Under the pieces are notes generated by a model. That model saw only the letters and a program-made list of their open reading frames with translations. It was not told the DNA's origin and did not search any database. A stretch of DNA of 51,525 bases, filler included, from Jimgerdemannia flammicorona (lineage: Eukaryota), in assembly GCA_003990765.1 (NCBI GenBank). It is 2 parts of 2 records of this genome, joined end to end, with 100 filler letters (N's around TTAATTAATTAA, not from the genome) between each part and the next. Parts side by side here need not be neighbours in the genome. Positions count along the whole stretch, not along the records: positions 1 to 25,718 come from RBNJ01000800.1; 1 more part is not named here. One strand, written 5' to 3'. Numbering within the stretch: position 1 is the first letter of the stretch; the number at the start of each line of letters is the position of its first letter. The position numbers were made by a program, and so were the translations under genes. Of the stretch, positions 1 through 13,110 are shown in pieces.

Positions 1-3000
1 CCCTCATCCCCACTCAATGAAAGGCCACTTTGTCTAACATTATCTCCACCTATCCACTACTCTGTTCACAGATCCTTTCTACCAGACTACAACATCACTC
101 ACTCTGGAGACCCCAACCTACCCACCACTCAGTCAGCAGATCCCCCATCAATCCCTCTCACCTTAACAACTTCTCTTGTAAACCCATCTGTCACCTCTCC
201 TCAAAAACAAAAAGCCAATATCTAGTCAGTCCCACTCATACTGATAAAACCCACCCTACAGTGAGCCAACTATTGTCTACACCACCTACTAGCTGAGATT
301 TCAAATCCTTCCAGCAGCCTCTCACACCATCTGGCCTCTTCTCTACACTCAGCCTATTTCCTACTTCTATCCAAAAGTCCCCCAAAACCTCACTCTCTCA
401 GCCAATGTTTCAGCATCTGCACAAATCCCCCAACTTGCCCTATATTATAATACTCCTCACAATCTAATCAGCCACCTTCCACCAGATGCCCTGTATGGAA
501 ATTCAACATGACATTCCTCTGCAGCATCCTCCACTATATCACCCAGAACTTGGAAGGAAGCCACCTCTGCACCTCAGCACTCCATGACCAGACACCTGCC
601 CAGTCTCACTCCTCGCCAATCCTTGTCACCTGCCAGCCACTCAGCCAAAGATCCTGGCCAAGACCCTGCTGATACTTCACTCCATCCCAAATATCAAACT
701 CAGCAAGCGGAGCACCCCCTAGAAGCAGTCTGTCCCATCACCATATATCTGAACCCTACATCATCTCCCCCTCATTGCCTCACCAGTGCAGGCCAATTCT
801 GTATGCTCCATCCACTATCCCCCACTAAAAGCCCTTAAACTGCAGCTGTCGACTTCTATTCAGCCCCACCAAAGAGAGCAAATCTCCTGAGGACCCTCAA
901 GGAGAGGATCTCATCTCCTACACCTTCTACAACAGCGGTACCCAATCCCCTCCCTGCAGTTCAACAGCCCTCTTCAACCACTAGGCTCACAGGCAGTATA
1001 ACCTCTTGGGGAAATCCACAAGGCCTAGACCTCCCCTAACCACCAGTGTTGCAAGAGTATCTCAACTGATCTGGAACCTCCTCCCTGCTCAAATCTAATC
1101 TCTAGCCATCTTCATTAGCCTCTTCACCACCCAAGCTGGAAAGTCTAGGTGATAGGCCACGTACCATAACTTGGAGAACCAGTAGACATTCAGAATTGAC
1201 ACCTGCTCCACCAGAGAGATATGGTGGCCCTCCCACCCTCTAAGGGCCTCCCCCCAAATAGTCACCCTGCTCTCCCACCACACTCATAGCAAGACAGATC
1301 CATATATAGAAAGAAAGATACCCAGATACTACACCACCTCACCAGTAGGGACAATTGTTCCAATAATGTCTCCACTCACTAGCCCATTCTCTAGCACTAT
1401 TGTCTCACACTTATGCCAGTTGAGCTTTGCCCCAGAGTGTGCCTCATACTATTCCACTGTCTCCTTAAGTGTCTCAACATCTGCCACAGAACCAAGTCCA
1501 ACTACTATGTCATTAGCAAAGGCCCCCACCTTCCACACTATACCATATATAGAGAGCCCTGCCACCTTCTGATGAATTCTATCCATCAAAGGTTCTAATG
1601 AAAGGGTATAGAGAATAGAGGACAGTGGGTCCCTCTGAGGAACTCCTCTTCCCAAGGGAAATGCCAGACCTTGGTGACCATTATACATCAGTACTGCCTG
1701 ACTGCCCTCCAATAGATTCAATATAGAAGCCCAAAATCATGGGGGGACACCAATTTTATCCAACACCTTGCCCAGCCAAACTCACCATACACAGTCATAG
1801 GCCTTCTCCTGGTCTAAAAAGATCAATCTACCATCCAGTCCACAAGTCCAGGCCCCTTCAATGATACCATACACCCATGCAGTCTCATCCCTTATAAGCC
1901 TGCCTCCAACAAAGCCCTGCTGCTCCTCACTCAGTACCTGTTGGACAACTTTCTGTAGCCTTGCAACAATCATCTTAGTCACCATCTTCCTGTCCATATC
2001 CAGAAGCATGATCAGTCTCCAGTTCTTCCAGTCCTCCCTCCTCCCCTTGTCTTTGTACAATAAGACCACCAGCCCCAAGTTCTGCTCTCCAACCTACTTG
2101 CCATTCAGAAGAATATGGTCACAGAGAGCAGCCATCTCACCCAATATATCAGAGACCTTCACCATCTTCTTCCAGAAGTCCCAAGATAACCCATCTTCTT
2201 CTGGCACTGTTCCAAGCTTGGTTGCTGCAAGAATACTCTTGATCTCCTCCTCTTGGACTAGTTCAATCAAGTCACCAAGCCCCTCTACTTGTGGTGGAAC
2301 CCACTCCTTCAGTGTATCACCAATTGCCTCTTCATCTGCACCCCCTTTCTTCTCACTCTACAGACCCCTCTATTGCTCCTTCAGTACCCCCAAGATCAGC
2401 TGCATGCCACACACTATGTCCCCCTCAGCATCAAAGACCCCATCCCATTGATTTCATACCCTCCTAGCTTAGAGAAGCCTAGACAAGTACCTCATAGGCC
2501 TCTTGCCCTCCTCAAGCCCCTGCCACTACAGTCTGGCAGCCATTTCTTTCAAACAGATCTCCTCCCCTTCTCTCAATATCTGTTGCAACTCCACTATCTC
2601 CAATTTTGCCCTCACCAACCTCCAATTCTCCACCCCTTCAGAAGAAAGCAAATCAGCCCATTCTATCTGCAATCTAATCAGCCTATTAGAAGCATACCTC
2701 ACTCACTTTCTTCTCTGCCTCCCAGCCTCTCTACCAGCTTCTCCCCAATAAACCCTTGTAGTCTCCTTCAACTGTATCCAGCGGTTGCCCACAGATGAAT
2801 TCTCATGTATCCAGTGGGTGATCTTCTCCTGGATTTCCTCCACTCATGGGTCCCACAACCCCTTCTCAGCCAGCAGGGAGGAGTTAAGGCACTAATGTCT
2901 GAGTCCATCTCCACTCCCTCCAAACTGTCCCTGCCCCAACAGCCCCCAGTGATTGGACTATAGGCACCACTCCACCTCTAGAGTTCTCCAAACATTAACT

Positions 3001-3629
3001 CCCCAACATTCAGCTATCAGAATCCAGTCAATTTTTGTACCCAGCCCATTCACTCAGTATGTATAGACCCTCCAGTTGCCCCACCATATCCTCCCCATAT
3101 CTCCTAAGGAGCTAAGGTTCTCTGCCTCCTCCTACTTATCCAGACCACCACTCCTCCTGCCCACACTCCTCCCACTATCAGTTCTATCTAGCTGTAGATC
3201 CTGCACCATATTAAAGTCACCTCTCAGAATATTGATGCCCTCCTCTAAGAGAATGCTCTCCTTCAAAAGATCCTTAATCCACTCAATCTGCTCACCCCTA
3301 ACTGCAGGGCAGTAGCAGGAGCTGACCTTAACTGATTCCCACCCTGGCCTATGCCATTCTCCCCAGACTAAGTGGTCACCCCAGCTCCTGATTCTGCCCA
3401 AATCTCCTCTACCCTTCCTCACCAGAATCACTACTTTGCCAATCCAAGCAGTAGCTCCTCCCCATTCTCTAGTCCACTTTACTTGATCTTCCTCACCCTC
3501 ATACCATACATCCTGCAGTAAGAAGAGATCAGCCTCCAGTCTCTTAAGCTAAGTAAAAATGTTCTTATGCCATCCAGTATCCTGCAATCCATTCACATTT
3601 AGAGAGAAAATGTTAGTTGTACTATTCAT
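1..3629 (-). pseudogene. LINE ORF2 (APE endonuclease-reverse transcriptase), many stops
   Basis: ORF-track fragments 3132-3431, 1782-2078, 1449-1721 and 1095-1283 carry EN and RT motifs in the expected order. Confidence 0.9.
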
Positions 3630-3659
3630 TAGGAATAATGTTGATTATCTATCACAGCC

Positions 3660-5650
3660 TCTACAAATCCACATTCAACTCCTCTTATACCAAGTCCAAG
3701 TCATGTTCAGCAGCCAGCACCTTCCCCTCAGCTGCCTGTGCTTCCAACCCTTCCAGAAGTTCAGCCATCACCCCATCCTCCTTTTTCTCAAAGTCCTTAT
3801 AATACTTCAGACATGCCTCCTGCCAGAGCTATAAACTATGCCACTCAGCCCAACAGTAGGCAGCCTACTTACCAGCAACAACCATAAGCTCTGCCTCTCT
3901 CTCCTTATTAACCTCATAGCCCTCCTCCTCTAGGAAAATCACAAGAATCTCTGCCTTCAGTGCCCCCACCACCCCCTCTCCCTACAGAATCCCTGCCCAA
4001 TGCTCCTCACTCATCACTTGCAGGTCCACTTCCCCCAACTCCTCAGCTATGAGGTTATATATCACCTTGCTCATCTACAGCAGGTTCCCCACCTCCTTCC
4101 CTCCTGGCATCCCCAGCCTTCCTGTATCCAGCATCATAGTATCAGCCCCTATACTGGCAGTCTCATCCCATCCCTCCTCAGGGACATCCACCAGCTCATC
4201 CTCACCAATGGCCACCACCTGTCCACCCTTTGCCACATCAGGAATCCCAAAGTGTACCCTCTGAGCACCCCACATCAGCTTGTTCTCTGCCACCTGACTG
4301 GACCTCTTCTGATCAGAGGGGGAGTGTCATCCATGACTGGGTCCCAGACCTCAAAAGTACCATCAGCAAACAGGTCTTTGGGCAGCGCCTTCTCAGCTCC
4401 TTCCAGGCCCTTCTTCCTATCACCTCCTCTCAGTCACTTGCCTCCACTCCCCCAGACTTCGCAGGGCCCCCAGTTGTCATCTTAACCCCTCCTTTCATGC
4501 TCGCTAGCAACTCCCTCTGTCTCATGCACCCTTGAGCCCTCTCTTACTGTCTCTTGTCAGTGTGAATATACTTTCCATCAATAATCTCCAGATGTGTTGA
4601 CTCTATATACAATTTCCAGACCTTCACCCTCCTCTCAACAGCACCACTCAACTCCTCCAGAGCCTCTAACAAGTCCTCTTCCTCCTCTTCACTCCCTCTC
4701 ACCCTTGATACCTTACAGACAAAAGTCCCCCACATCAACACCAAGGGTCAGTCGCTTGTCTTCCCCATGGCCTCTCTTCCAGCCAGTCTAATCCTCATAT
4801 CCATATCACCTGTCCTGATGGAGGTCCCCTCCCACATCTGGAAACTAACATCCACCATATCACCATACTCTGCCATCACCTCCTCCACCCTCCTCCTAGT
4901 CTCCTCTTTCATCACTATAGGCACCCCCTTTACCAGCAGCTATACCACCCAGGGGTCCCACCTCAGGCAGTGCACTATGGGGACCACCACTTCCCCAACT
5001 ACCACTCTAGTCTTCAGAGCCTCTTCCAGTGGGCCTGCCTCCTCAAAGCCCACCTCAACCCCCTCCAGACCCTTCAGAAACTTCACCGAGGCGGCCTCAG
5101 CCATCTGCTTTAAGATAAGCCCCAAGACCATTCTCACCATCACTGCCAAGCCCCAGAAGCACAGTGTCACCACAAACTCTGAGATCAATTTCCAGAGTAA
5201 TAGTGCCCCATTATACTATCAGCCAGATCCCCCTTCCACATTGGGAACCCCTGCCCCACTCTACCATCAGCTGTCATATCTCTTTTTTTTTCCTAATTCT
5301 CTGTCACACTTTCATCAGCAGTCCCACCCCCAGCCACAGCACCTCTAGCACCTATACTTGCATCTCCCACCTGAGTACCTCCCCCCCTCCCTAGGCTTGC
5401 CTTGTCCTTTCCTTCAGTAGCACCAGCCCTAGATCCAGCCAGCCACCCACTCTCCTTCACCTTATCTGCAAAGCTTAGGGGGTCAGGCCTTCTCCCATTG
5501 CCACCAGATACTAGTCCACCTCCAGAGCTCTCTCCACCCTTCATCCCTCCAAAGGCCCCCATCTCTAGACCATAACCCCTTCCCACATTCTGCCAGCTGA
5601 AAGCCCCAGATCCACCTGACCCAGCATGTCTGTCTGAACTCTTGCTTAAT
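3660..5650 (-). pseudogene. LINE ORF1 remnant
   Basis: ISEFVVTLCFWGLAVMVRMVLGL...HCLRWDPWVV matches LEFMVTMCFWGLAVMARMILGL in ORF1 of the 33924-39699 copy. Confidence 0.8.
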
Positions 5651-6360
5651 GATATTTTTATAATATCTTTTCTCTGAGTTATGTTGAAAACCATTGCTTG
5701 AAGTTAGTGTAATGTGAATTATACAGAAGAAAGGTAGTATCAAATATATTTTACTATACCTTATTGGGTTATTCTTTGCCTAAGTATCTTGTTGATTAAT
5801 TATAGTATTTCTTTTTCTGCAATGTTCAGTATTATATATTCTAGATAAATATATAGTATCCTCTTTGTTTGCTATATATTCTAGGTTTTAGAGCTATAGT
5901 TCCTTCCTTTACTAGAGAGTGAGTATTTCTATATAGTCTCAGAGGACTTTATAAGCATTCTCCAGAACTTCTTTTTTTTCCCAGATAGTATCATAGATGG
6001 GATAATCCTTCCACTTGATGAGAAAAAGCTGCTTGACTGTTTTGTCATATTTGCAGACCTTGTAATTATATATTTCCTTGATTTTGAATTCCTCATAGTT
6101 ATTGATCCTAATTGGAAGTAGTGGTACTCAGGAAAGGAGTTCTCATGATAGTCCACCAATTGGCTGATATATAATACTGGATGTACTTGAATATTGTAGA
6201 GAAGTTGCAACTTATAGTTAACTTTACTGATTTTTTCCACAATTTTGTATAGTCTAATTCTTCTAGTACAGAGTTTCTTGGTAGGTTATTGTACTAGAGT
6301 ATCTGGATGGAGATAGTCTGTTCTAAGCATGACCATGTCACCAATATTATAGGAGACTTC
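5650..6360 (-). mobile_element. Chromovirus (Ty3/Gypsy) 3' fragment: integrase C-terminus, chromodomain, PPT and start of the 3' LTR
   Basis: YNIGDMVML...KIVEKISKVNYKLQL...VHPVLYISQL, then after a frameshift the chromodomain EEFKIKEIYNYK...FLIKWKDYPIYDTIWEKKEVLENA (~5945-6095). A purine tract AAAGGAAGGAA lies at 5900-5910. Confidence 0.8.
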
Positions 6361-7590
6361 TCTTCACTTCAAGTTTATATACTTCCTTGATATCTTCCTC
6401 CAAAAGCTTCTCAAGGACTGCCTGGAACCAATCTTTAGTCATAATTACTAGAGACCCAGAAGTAGCAGACCTTGGGGCCCTACTTAACTCCTGAAGCAAT
6501 TCTCTATCAGTAGAAACAACTGAAGCAACCTCTTTCATTTCATCCTCCTCTGAAATATTTTCAAACCTCACTACCTCACTAGTCTCCAGGTACTTTCAGT
6601 ATATATTTCCAGCCCCAGCTATATGGGTGTCCTCCATCTGGATCTCAGAGACTACCTCAATGACCTCTCTAAAACTCAACTCTCTCATCTCCTCCTTGTC
6701 AGCCCAATTTCCCTTTACTAATATATAAATAGAATCCTCCACACCTTCTAGCAGTAAGAAGGATATCTTAGCTACTTCTATCTCTTCTATCTGATTATGG
6801 GCAATCTCAGCCCTTACAATTTTCTCCTCCTTAGTTCTCTGTAATACTGCCTGCAAATGCTCCTAATTCTCCTTATGTCATTGTCTTCTCTTTCTATCCA
6901 GACCCAGTCCTTGGCAAACTCCTTCCACTTCTTCTTCTATATATAAGGCCTTTACTGTCTCTCTCTCCTTTAGGGCAATTAGCAGCTTCTTCTCCTCCTG
7001 TTTAGACCTCTTCCTCCTCCAAATCTGGTACTCTTGACCTTTAATATAAATAACCTTAGGCCAGTCTTACCCCAGCCCCATTGCCTTCTTTCTCTTCAAC
7101 CACACTATCATCTCACAATTGCTATTCTACAGTTTTATACTCTCCCAAAATATAAACCCAAAATCCACAATCTCACCAAAACCCTCCAGAGCTTTAGTTA
7201 CTATTGTTTTAGTCTCCTGTCTGCTCAGAGTCAGTAACCTCTCAACCAGATATACTATATGAGAGTTCCACCTCAGACATCTTACCATTTACACCATGAT
7301 GCTCTTGACCATCAACCTCTTCTCCAAAGCCTTCATCATTACATTCTTCTTAATAAAGCCAACCTCTACTATCTCTGCTAATGGAATAAACCTCAAAGAC
7401 TCTGCTCCAGCAATTTTCTCACCCATTAGTCACAGAACTTTCCAGGCTGACAACCCTAGCCCTAAGAAGTTGGCAGAGATTGCTCATATTGACACCAACT
7501 TATAAAAGAATGGATACACTACCAGCTTACCAGTCTCTATCACTAAGGCTATCTTACTCTTACCTCTGGAAACTCCAGCCATTACCTCTC
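6360..7590 (-). mobile_element. 5' (ORF1) fragment of a third, diverged LINE
   Basis: ISANFLGLGLSAWKVL*LMGEKIAGAESLRFIPLAEIVEVGF...MVRCLRWNSHIVY aligns by eye to the ORF1 block of LINE-a/b (CFWGLAV...SVKFL...VEVGF...HCLRWDP). Confidence 0.65.
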
Positions 7591-9200
7591 TTTTTTTTTT
7601 TTTTTTTTTTTTTTAAACAGACTCAAGTCCCACAGATTTTTGTTGAAAGGAAATCTAGACTATATAGGCCAAAAATCTCCCCCACCACCTATCAAATACT
7701 GTACCCTCATTAACCTAGGCTAGCTATTGTCTAGCAGCTCAACTATGCCAGGCACAGTAGGGCCTATATTGGCCCACACCTCATTCTATGCACTATACTC
7801 TCCCTACCACCAGGGAAACTCAGCCATATGCCAATAACCAAAAGCACATGCCCAAGACCCCAACATATATATAAGGCCATACCTGAGCTGAATAGAATAG
7901 CCCCTGCCACCTCAAAGAGAATGATAGCTAAAGAAAAAACCTTCATCAAAGTATATCATAGTGGGTAGGACCTGGTTCTCTCAGTTGAGATGAGTAAAGG
8001 ACTTACACATAAGGCAGGAGGAGATTCCCAATACCTCACTACTCAAGTCTGTAGGCCTCAATTATGTTGCCATGTCAGCTCCCAGTTCTAGTTGAGTGTA
8101 GCCAAGATACCTGAAATAGGTAGCATTGGGCCCCCCAATCCCTCCCAATGACTGAGACCCAATCTGCCAAATTGCCAAAAGAAGCCAAGAGTGACACCTA
8201 CTACCTAACTGCTCCACACTAATCAAAAGGCCCCACCAAAGCAGCACCCACCCCAGCCCTGATGACCACCCCCAGCCTGGTACCCTACCAGTTCACTGTT
8301 ATCACTCTTCCTCCTATCTGTAGTAGCCATCTTCCCTCCTATCCCAACAACATCCAAAAAGCAGTTACCTACACCAGAACCATGCTCACTGGGAAGCTCA
8401 CCAAAGCCAGAGGGCCCCACTACAGATACTGAGGACCTGCAGGTAATCTATATTGAGCACTTAACACCCAAGGTCAGCTGACTCCCTACACAGCCTATGA
8501 TACACTGAGACAGCACCTTATTGGCAATGGCAAAAGGAAGAAGGCACTGTACCAAAATGAATATACCTCAGATGCAGCTAAAGGCACTAGAAACTACAAA
8601 AAAGTGGAGAAGATACTGATCCAATACTGATAAAGGGACAACTCATCACCATTACCTTTCCCCCACTGTCCTGCAATAGGTACAGCAAACCAACCTGAGG
8701 TAGAGGGGATAATAGTTGTGGAAAGTAGACTTGGAAGATTGTCTACCAAACCATTGTGACCAGTAAGGTAGCAGAGAAAGGGGTGAGCTATCACCTCTCT
8801 AGTTACTACTAACTCTTCAATAGTCACATTACTAGCCACTGATCTAGCCCCAGAAATACTAGTCTCAGTAGTTCCACCACTAGACCCCTGATCCCTGACA
8901 GGCCTCTGACCAGTCACCTGACCCATCACCTGACTCTTTCTTCTATTAATACTATATCTCCCCTACTCTCTCACTATAGGTCTAGTAGTAGTCCTCTTGC
9001 CCCCACTATAGTATACCAGCCCTCAATATCAGTAGCTTGCTCCTGACCACTAATTCTTTTCCAAGTATCACCAGCCTCTGCTATAGTAGCAAAACTCTTA
9101 GAAAGATTCAGACCAGGTCTCTTCCTCTCTAAGTGCTTAGAGCTTGAGGAGCTTTAACTTACCATAGTATCAAAAGTTAATAGATTTCAATAAAACTTAT
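7591..9200 (-). mobile_element. Short poly(A)-tailed, probably internally deleted LINE derivative
   Basis: A 24-nt T run at 7591-7614 is the minus-strand poly(A) tail. There is an FRYLG motif (~8100), CLMC (~8005) and LGSWACAFGYW resembling LINE ORF2 C-termini. A homologous second fragment lies at 19800-20070. Confidence 0.55.
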
Positions 9201-9370
9201 TGTATATTATAGCTAGACTTCTACTGCATCTAGTATACTAGTATAGTGTGACAACCCAGAATGTACTACCTGAATTATAACTTAGCTAGATGACATGAAT
9301 ATATAGCATAGTAACCAGCAACCATTGCTGCAGAAAGCTATATAAATAGCCAGACTACTAGATGAGGTAT

Positions 9371-9446
9371 ACCTGTATAAGACCTACACACCTATATAAG
9401 ACCTACACATCTGTGCAAGACCTACACACCTGTGCAAAACCTGCAT
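9371..9446 (+). repeat. 4 x 19-bp tandem repeat (ACCTGTGTAAGACCTACAC-like) in U3 of LTR A
   Basis: Units read directly from the sequence; also present at 18381-18456. Confidence 0.85.
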
Positions 9447-9943
9447 ACTTGCCATAGATAGTAATCTATAATTAGCAATATAGTAACCAGATGGCAATCA
9501 ACTTGTATAAATTACCCCAGAGACAAGAGTGAATAAACCTCAGTTCTGAAATATAAAGCAAAAGACAAGTCTGCCTACTATACTTCAAGAGATACACCTG
9601 CCAAAAGCCAATTAATCCAGGAAGGATTGCAATACTTAGGAGAAATATCTGCTCTATAGCCACTACTAGGAGATTGTGAGCTTTGCCCCTTTTCTACTCT
9701 GGTCTACTTTCCAATACAAAGAACAAGTCTATTTTTGGTTTGCTTGCCAGATAAGCCTGAAGTTTGCCACCAAGTTCAAGAAAGAACTTTGTCACTGTTT
9801 TTAAGTTATTTGCTGCATTCCCAGAAAGCTACCTTGCTCAAGCCAGTTTCTGATACAACTTTGCAATAATCCATTCATGCAAATAAAGCCAGTCTTTGAT
9901 GCAACTTTGCTAAGAGACTCTTTCCAAGAAGCTGCTAGTATGT

Positions 9944-10135
9944 TTCCCAGTTGAAGCTGCTGATTCAGGAAGAATTCATACTATCATATTTCCAGAAGAG
10001 CCTGATTCAGAAAGAATCCACACCATCCGAGTAGTATTCTTAGTTGAAGCTGCCAATTCAGAAGAATCTATGCCATCTGAGTTATTTCCCAGAAAGCTGC
10101 TGATTTAGGAAGAATCCACAATATCTGAGTAATCT
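9944..10135 (+). repeat. ~4 degenerate 45-48-bp repeats (TTCCCAG...GATTCAG.AAGAATC) in LTR A
   Basis: Recurring TTCCCAGTTGAAGC/TTCCCAGAAAGC...AAGAATC units, mirrored at ~18953-19145. Confidence 0.7.
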
Positions 10136-10685
10136 GAGTTATCTGCCACCAAGTTATCCATTGTTCTCAGTGAGCCAATTCAGAAGAAGCCATACCAAAC
10201 TAAGTCATCTACCAGAAACCATATACTTTTGGAGATTATTGCACTATACAGAGATCATTGCTCTAAGATCGTCATACAGAAATCACATAAGGAAAGCCAC
10301 TAAATTGCCAGATCATCCTGTATAAGGAACCCAGTTGCACTACACAAGATCATCACATAAAGATTGACTGTCACTCAAGAAAGAAAACCACTAAATTCCT
10401 AGACCATCATGTATAAGGAAATTGTCATGCTACATATAAAATTCTACTAATTTCCAGTTGACCCAAGAAGGAAAAGATATACAAATTGCCACTATACCCA
10501 GTGAACTGTCCAAATAAGAAAACTGCTCACAGATATCTAGCTTTGACTATTATACTACTAAATACCAAGGACCTCAGGAATCTTAGAACATTTTATTGCT
10601 TTTTGACAAAGTAACTGGAGGCTCAAGCCAAACTACATCAACCCCCAATCTTGTAATTTGCCTCTATTGAGCCAGATATGTTATA

Positions 10686-10705
10686 TTTGGGGGCTCAACT
10701 GAGAA
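10686..10705 (+). promoter_or_regulatory. Primer-binding site, tRNA-Pro-like
   Basis: TGGGGGCTCAACTGAGAA follows the LTR and resembles the known tRNA-Pro PBS TGGGGGCTCGTCCGGGAT. A near-identical PBS occurs at 51228. Confidence 0.75.
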
Positions 10706-11243
10706 GATTTCAAAATTGACATAACTTTTCAACTCACAAGAACCCACAGTCAAACTGGATACATTTAATATAATACCAATCTCTGCCACTACAGGAGAAC
10801 CAGTTATCACCAAAATTTGGACAGGAAGAGAAGTAATCACCTCAAGACTTGCCAACTACCTAGTATCAGAAGGATCCCAACCAGAACCAGAAAGCAGTAC
10901 AGCCCAAAATCTCCAACCAGATCAACCAGATAATACAGGTGGCCCTGTTGGAGATTTTGAAGAACTTGCACAAGAACTAGAAGATCTTATTACACAAGTC
11001 TGAGATCTTATAGCCAGATACCCCATACTAGTCCCATCAATCTCACCAATAGAACCTTTATCACAATCTCTTGCAGAATTGAAAGTAGCTCCTATAAGAA
11101 TACCTAGGCTCATTCTACTTCATCCAAGGTCCAGAACTCTATCCTCAGGATACCCAAGCACCCCCATCTCCAGTGATAGCTCAGAAAATGAATCAGAATC
11201 AGAATCCAGACCAGAACCAGAATTAGAAGAAAGTGATGATAAA

Positions 11244-12200
11244 ATGGCCACCTCATTGCCAATCTTTGTAGGATACTCCAAGGAAGATCCCAGAGAATTC
11301 CTTGATGGAATTGAAGGAATTGCAGCCCTGAGGAATCTCTCAGATGAAAGAAAAATAGCCATCTATAAGGCTTAGCTCAGAGAACCAGCTAGAGGAATTT
11401 TCCACTGAACAGCAGATAACTCTGATTCAGAATTGGCAAGACAGATACAAGCAGCAATGTCTTATGAGCTAGAATATGTAGCCATGGTCCACTGGCTCAT
11501 TGAAAAGTATACAGGAAATGAAACCTGCCACAAGACACAAGAATCCATTATGGAGATGAAGATGAATCTTAGAGAATTGTCCAGAGCCTTCTTCACAAGA
11601 ATTCAGAAGAGAATGCATACTGCCGGGTTCAATGCCACCAACCAGGACATCATAGGTCCAATGACCTTCATGAATGGAATTCCCCCAAACATTGCCCAGC
11701 ATGTCCATACTCTAGGCATCAGAAGGTCTGAAAAGCAAGTTGATGTAACCTAAGGATTCTTTGATGTCAGACAAGGAACTACCTGGAGTGACCATGATAA
11801 GAAAGAAGATAAAGAAGACATCTTGGTCAAAGCCCTGCAAGGACTCCTCCAAGGACAAGAGAGATCTGAAGAAAGAAGGCCAGCCAAAGAAGGAAAGAAG
11901 AACAGGAGCAAAATCCAAGACCTCAGCTTCAAGTTGGACCAATTGATTGGACAGATTGAAAAACTCACCATATGCAAAAATCAGAGCTACCAAGACAACA
12001 GAGGATACCCACCACAGAGGAGTCAGGGTTATCTACTAAGAGATAATAAGAGCTACCACTAAGAGGAAAGAAGGTACTCTGTCTAAGACAGAGCATAAGT
12101 TCAATACTTCCACTGTGAATAATTTGGACACTATGCTACCAAATGTGACAACAAAAGAAGTGACTGAAGAGACTCAGAACCACCAAATCGAAGAAATGAC
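11244..12200 (+). pseudogene. gag: Element A gag
   Basis: MATSLPIFVGYSKEDPREFLDGIE (P-x-F-x-G capsid start) and a decayed CCHC knuckle YFHCE*FGHYATKC at ~12105-12147. Confidence 0.8.
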
Positions 12201-12759
12201 ACTCAGTACAAGAAGACTGAAGCCCATCCTGTTGAAGATTTTGAGGAAGTAAGTAACAGTGAAGACTACAGTGACCTAGACTTGTAACCTACCAAGGTTA
12301 TTGCCCAGAAAACAGTCTATCCAGCAGAGAAAAGGAAGAGACCTGTAGAAAGACTATCCAGGAATATCAGCAGAAGAATCACCCAAGAGGGAGATGAAGA
12401 ACATGAAGAGAAACAAATAGAAACACCTCTCCAGACTCCTTTATCTTTTGTTTCCAAGATAAATGAGCTACTATCAGAGAATGAGGAAATGAAACAAGAA
12501 GAATGGAAACCTGCTGCTTCAAAGCCCAAGAAGAAGTACATCCTGAAGACTATACCTAGAGACATCTATAATGAAGCCTGGCAGAAGATTTAAGAGGCCA
12601 AGATGGAAGTCCCTCTTCTGCAGTTCCTGCAACTAATACCAGCTGGAGTCTGAAATAAATTGCTGAGAACAACCAGATCTAGTACTGGCTAAATCCCAAT
12701 CTCACAGCAAGAACCAGCTCCCATCCCTGTCCAAGCAGCTGAAAGATATGTCAGCACCT

Positions 12760-13110
12760 ACTTACATGGAGATATTGGAGGACAAAAAGTGAAAATCCTC
12801 ATAGATATAGGAGCAGCTGTCTGTATTATTGCCAAATGATTCTTGGACACCCTCCAATGGCCCATTGATGAACCATCCAACCTCAGCATCATAGTAGCAG
12901 ATGGAGCCCGAACTCAACCCCTTGGAGAAGTATGAAATATCACTATCTCTCTTGGACACATTCAGTTCTCTATCCCAAAAGCTGTTGTCACTGAAGCTGT
13001 CACCTATGATATGATCCTTGGTACCAACTGGATGAAGAAAATGAATGCAGTTGTTGATATTGGTTAACAAGTACTCAAGTTTGACTACTGAGGCAAAAAG
13101 TACAGAGTTA
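12760..13110 (+). pseudogene. Element A aspartic protease
   Basis: KILIDIGAAVCII (DTG decayed to DIG, 12804) and YDMILGTNWMKK. Confidence 0.85.

Larger units (their letters stand above)
1..5650 (-). mobile_element. L1/Tx1-like non-LTR retrotransposon (LINE-a), decayed; 3' end runs off the window
   Basis: ORF2 starts at 3629 with MNSTTNIFSLNVNGL...DLFLLQDV and GDFN (APE endonuclease). RT motifs include KNWRLIMLLDMDRK, FLDQEKAYD, GVPQRDPLS and GAFAND. ORF1 remnants lie at ~3660-5650. The element is colinear with the copy at 33924-39699. The 5' boundary is approximate. Confidence 0.92.
9247..10685 (+). repeat. Element A 5' LTR (1439 bp)
   Basis: Direct repeat of 18257-19684. It ends TTATA (decayed TTACA) immediately before the PBS. 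Confidence 0.95.

Noticed and set aside
30..5394. Many Ser/Pro-rich plus-strand ORFs
   Set aside because: These are antisense shadows of the G-rich LINE coding strand. The same applies to minus-strand ORFs over the LINE-b and Gypsy pol regions.
9944..10135. Regularly spaced repeats as a possible CRISPR array
   Set aside because: The units are degenerate tandem copies without unique spacers, are duplicated in both LTRs, and no cas genes are present.
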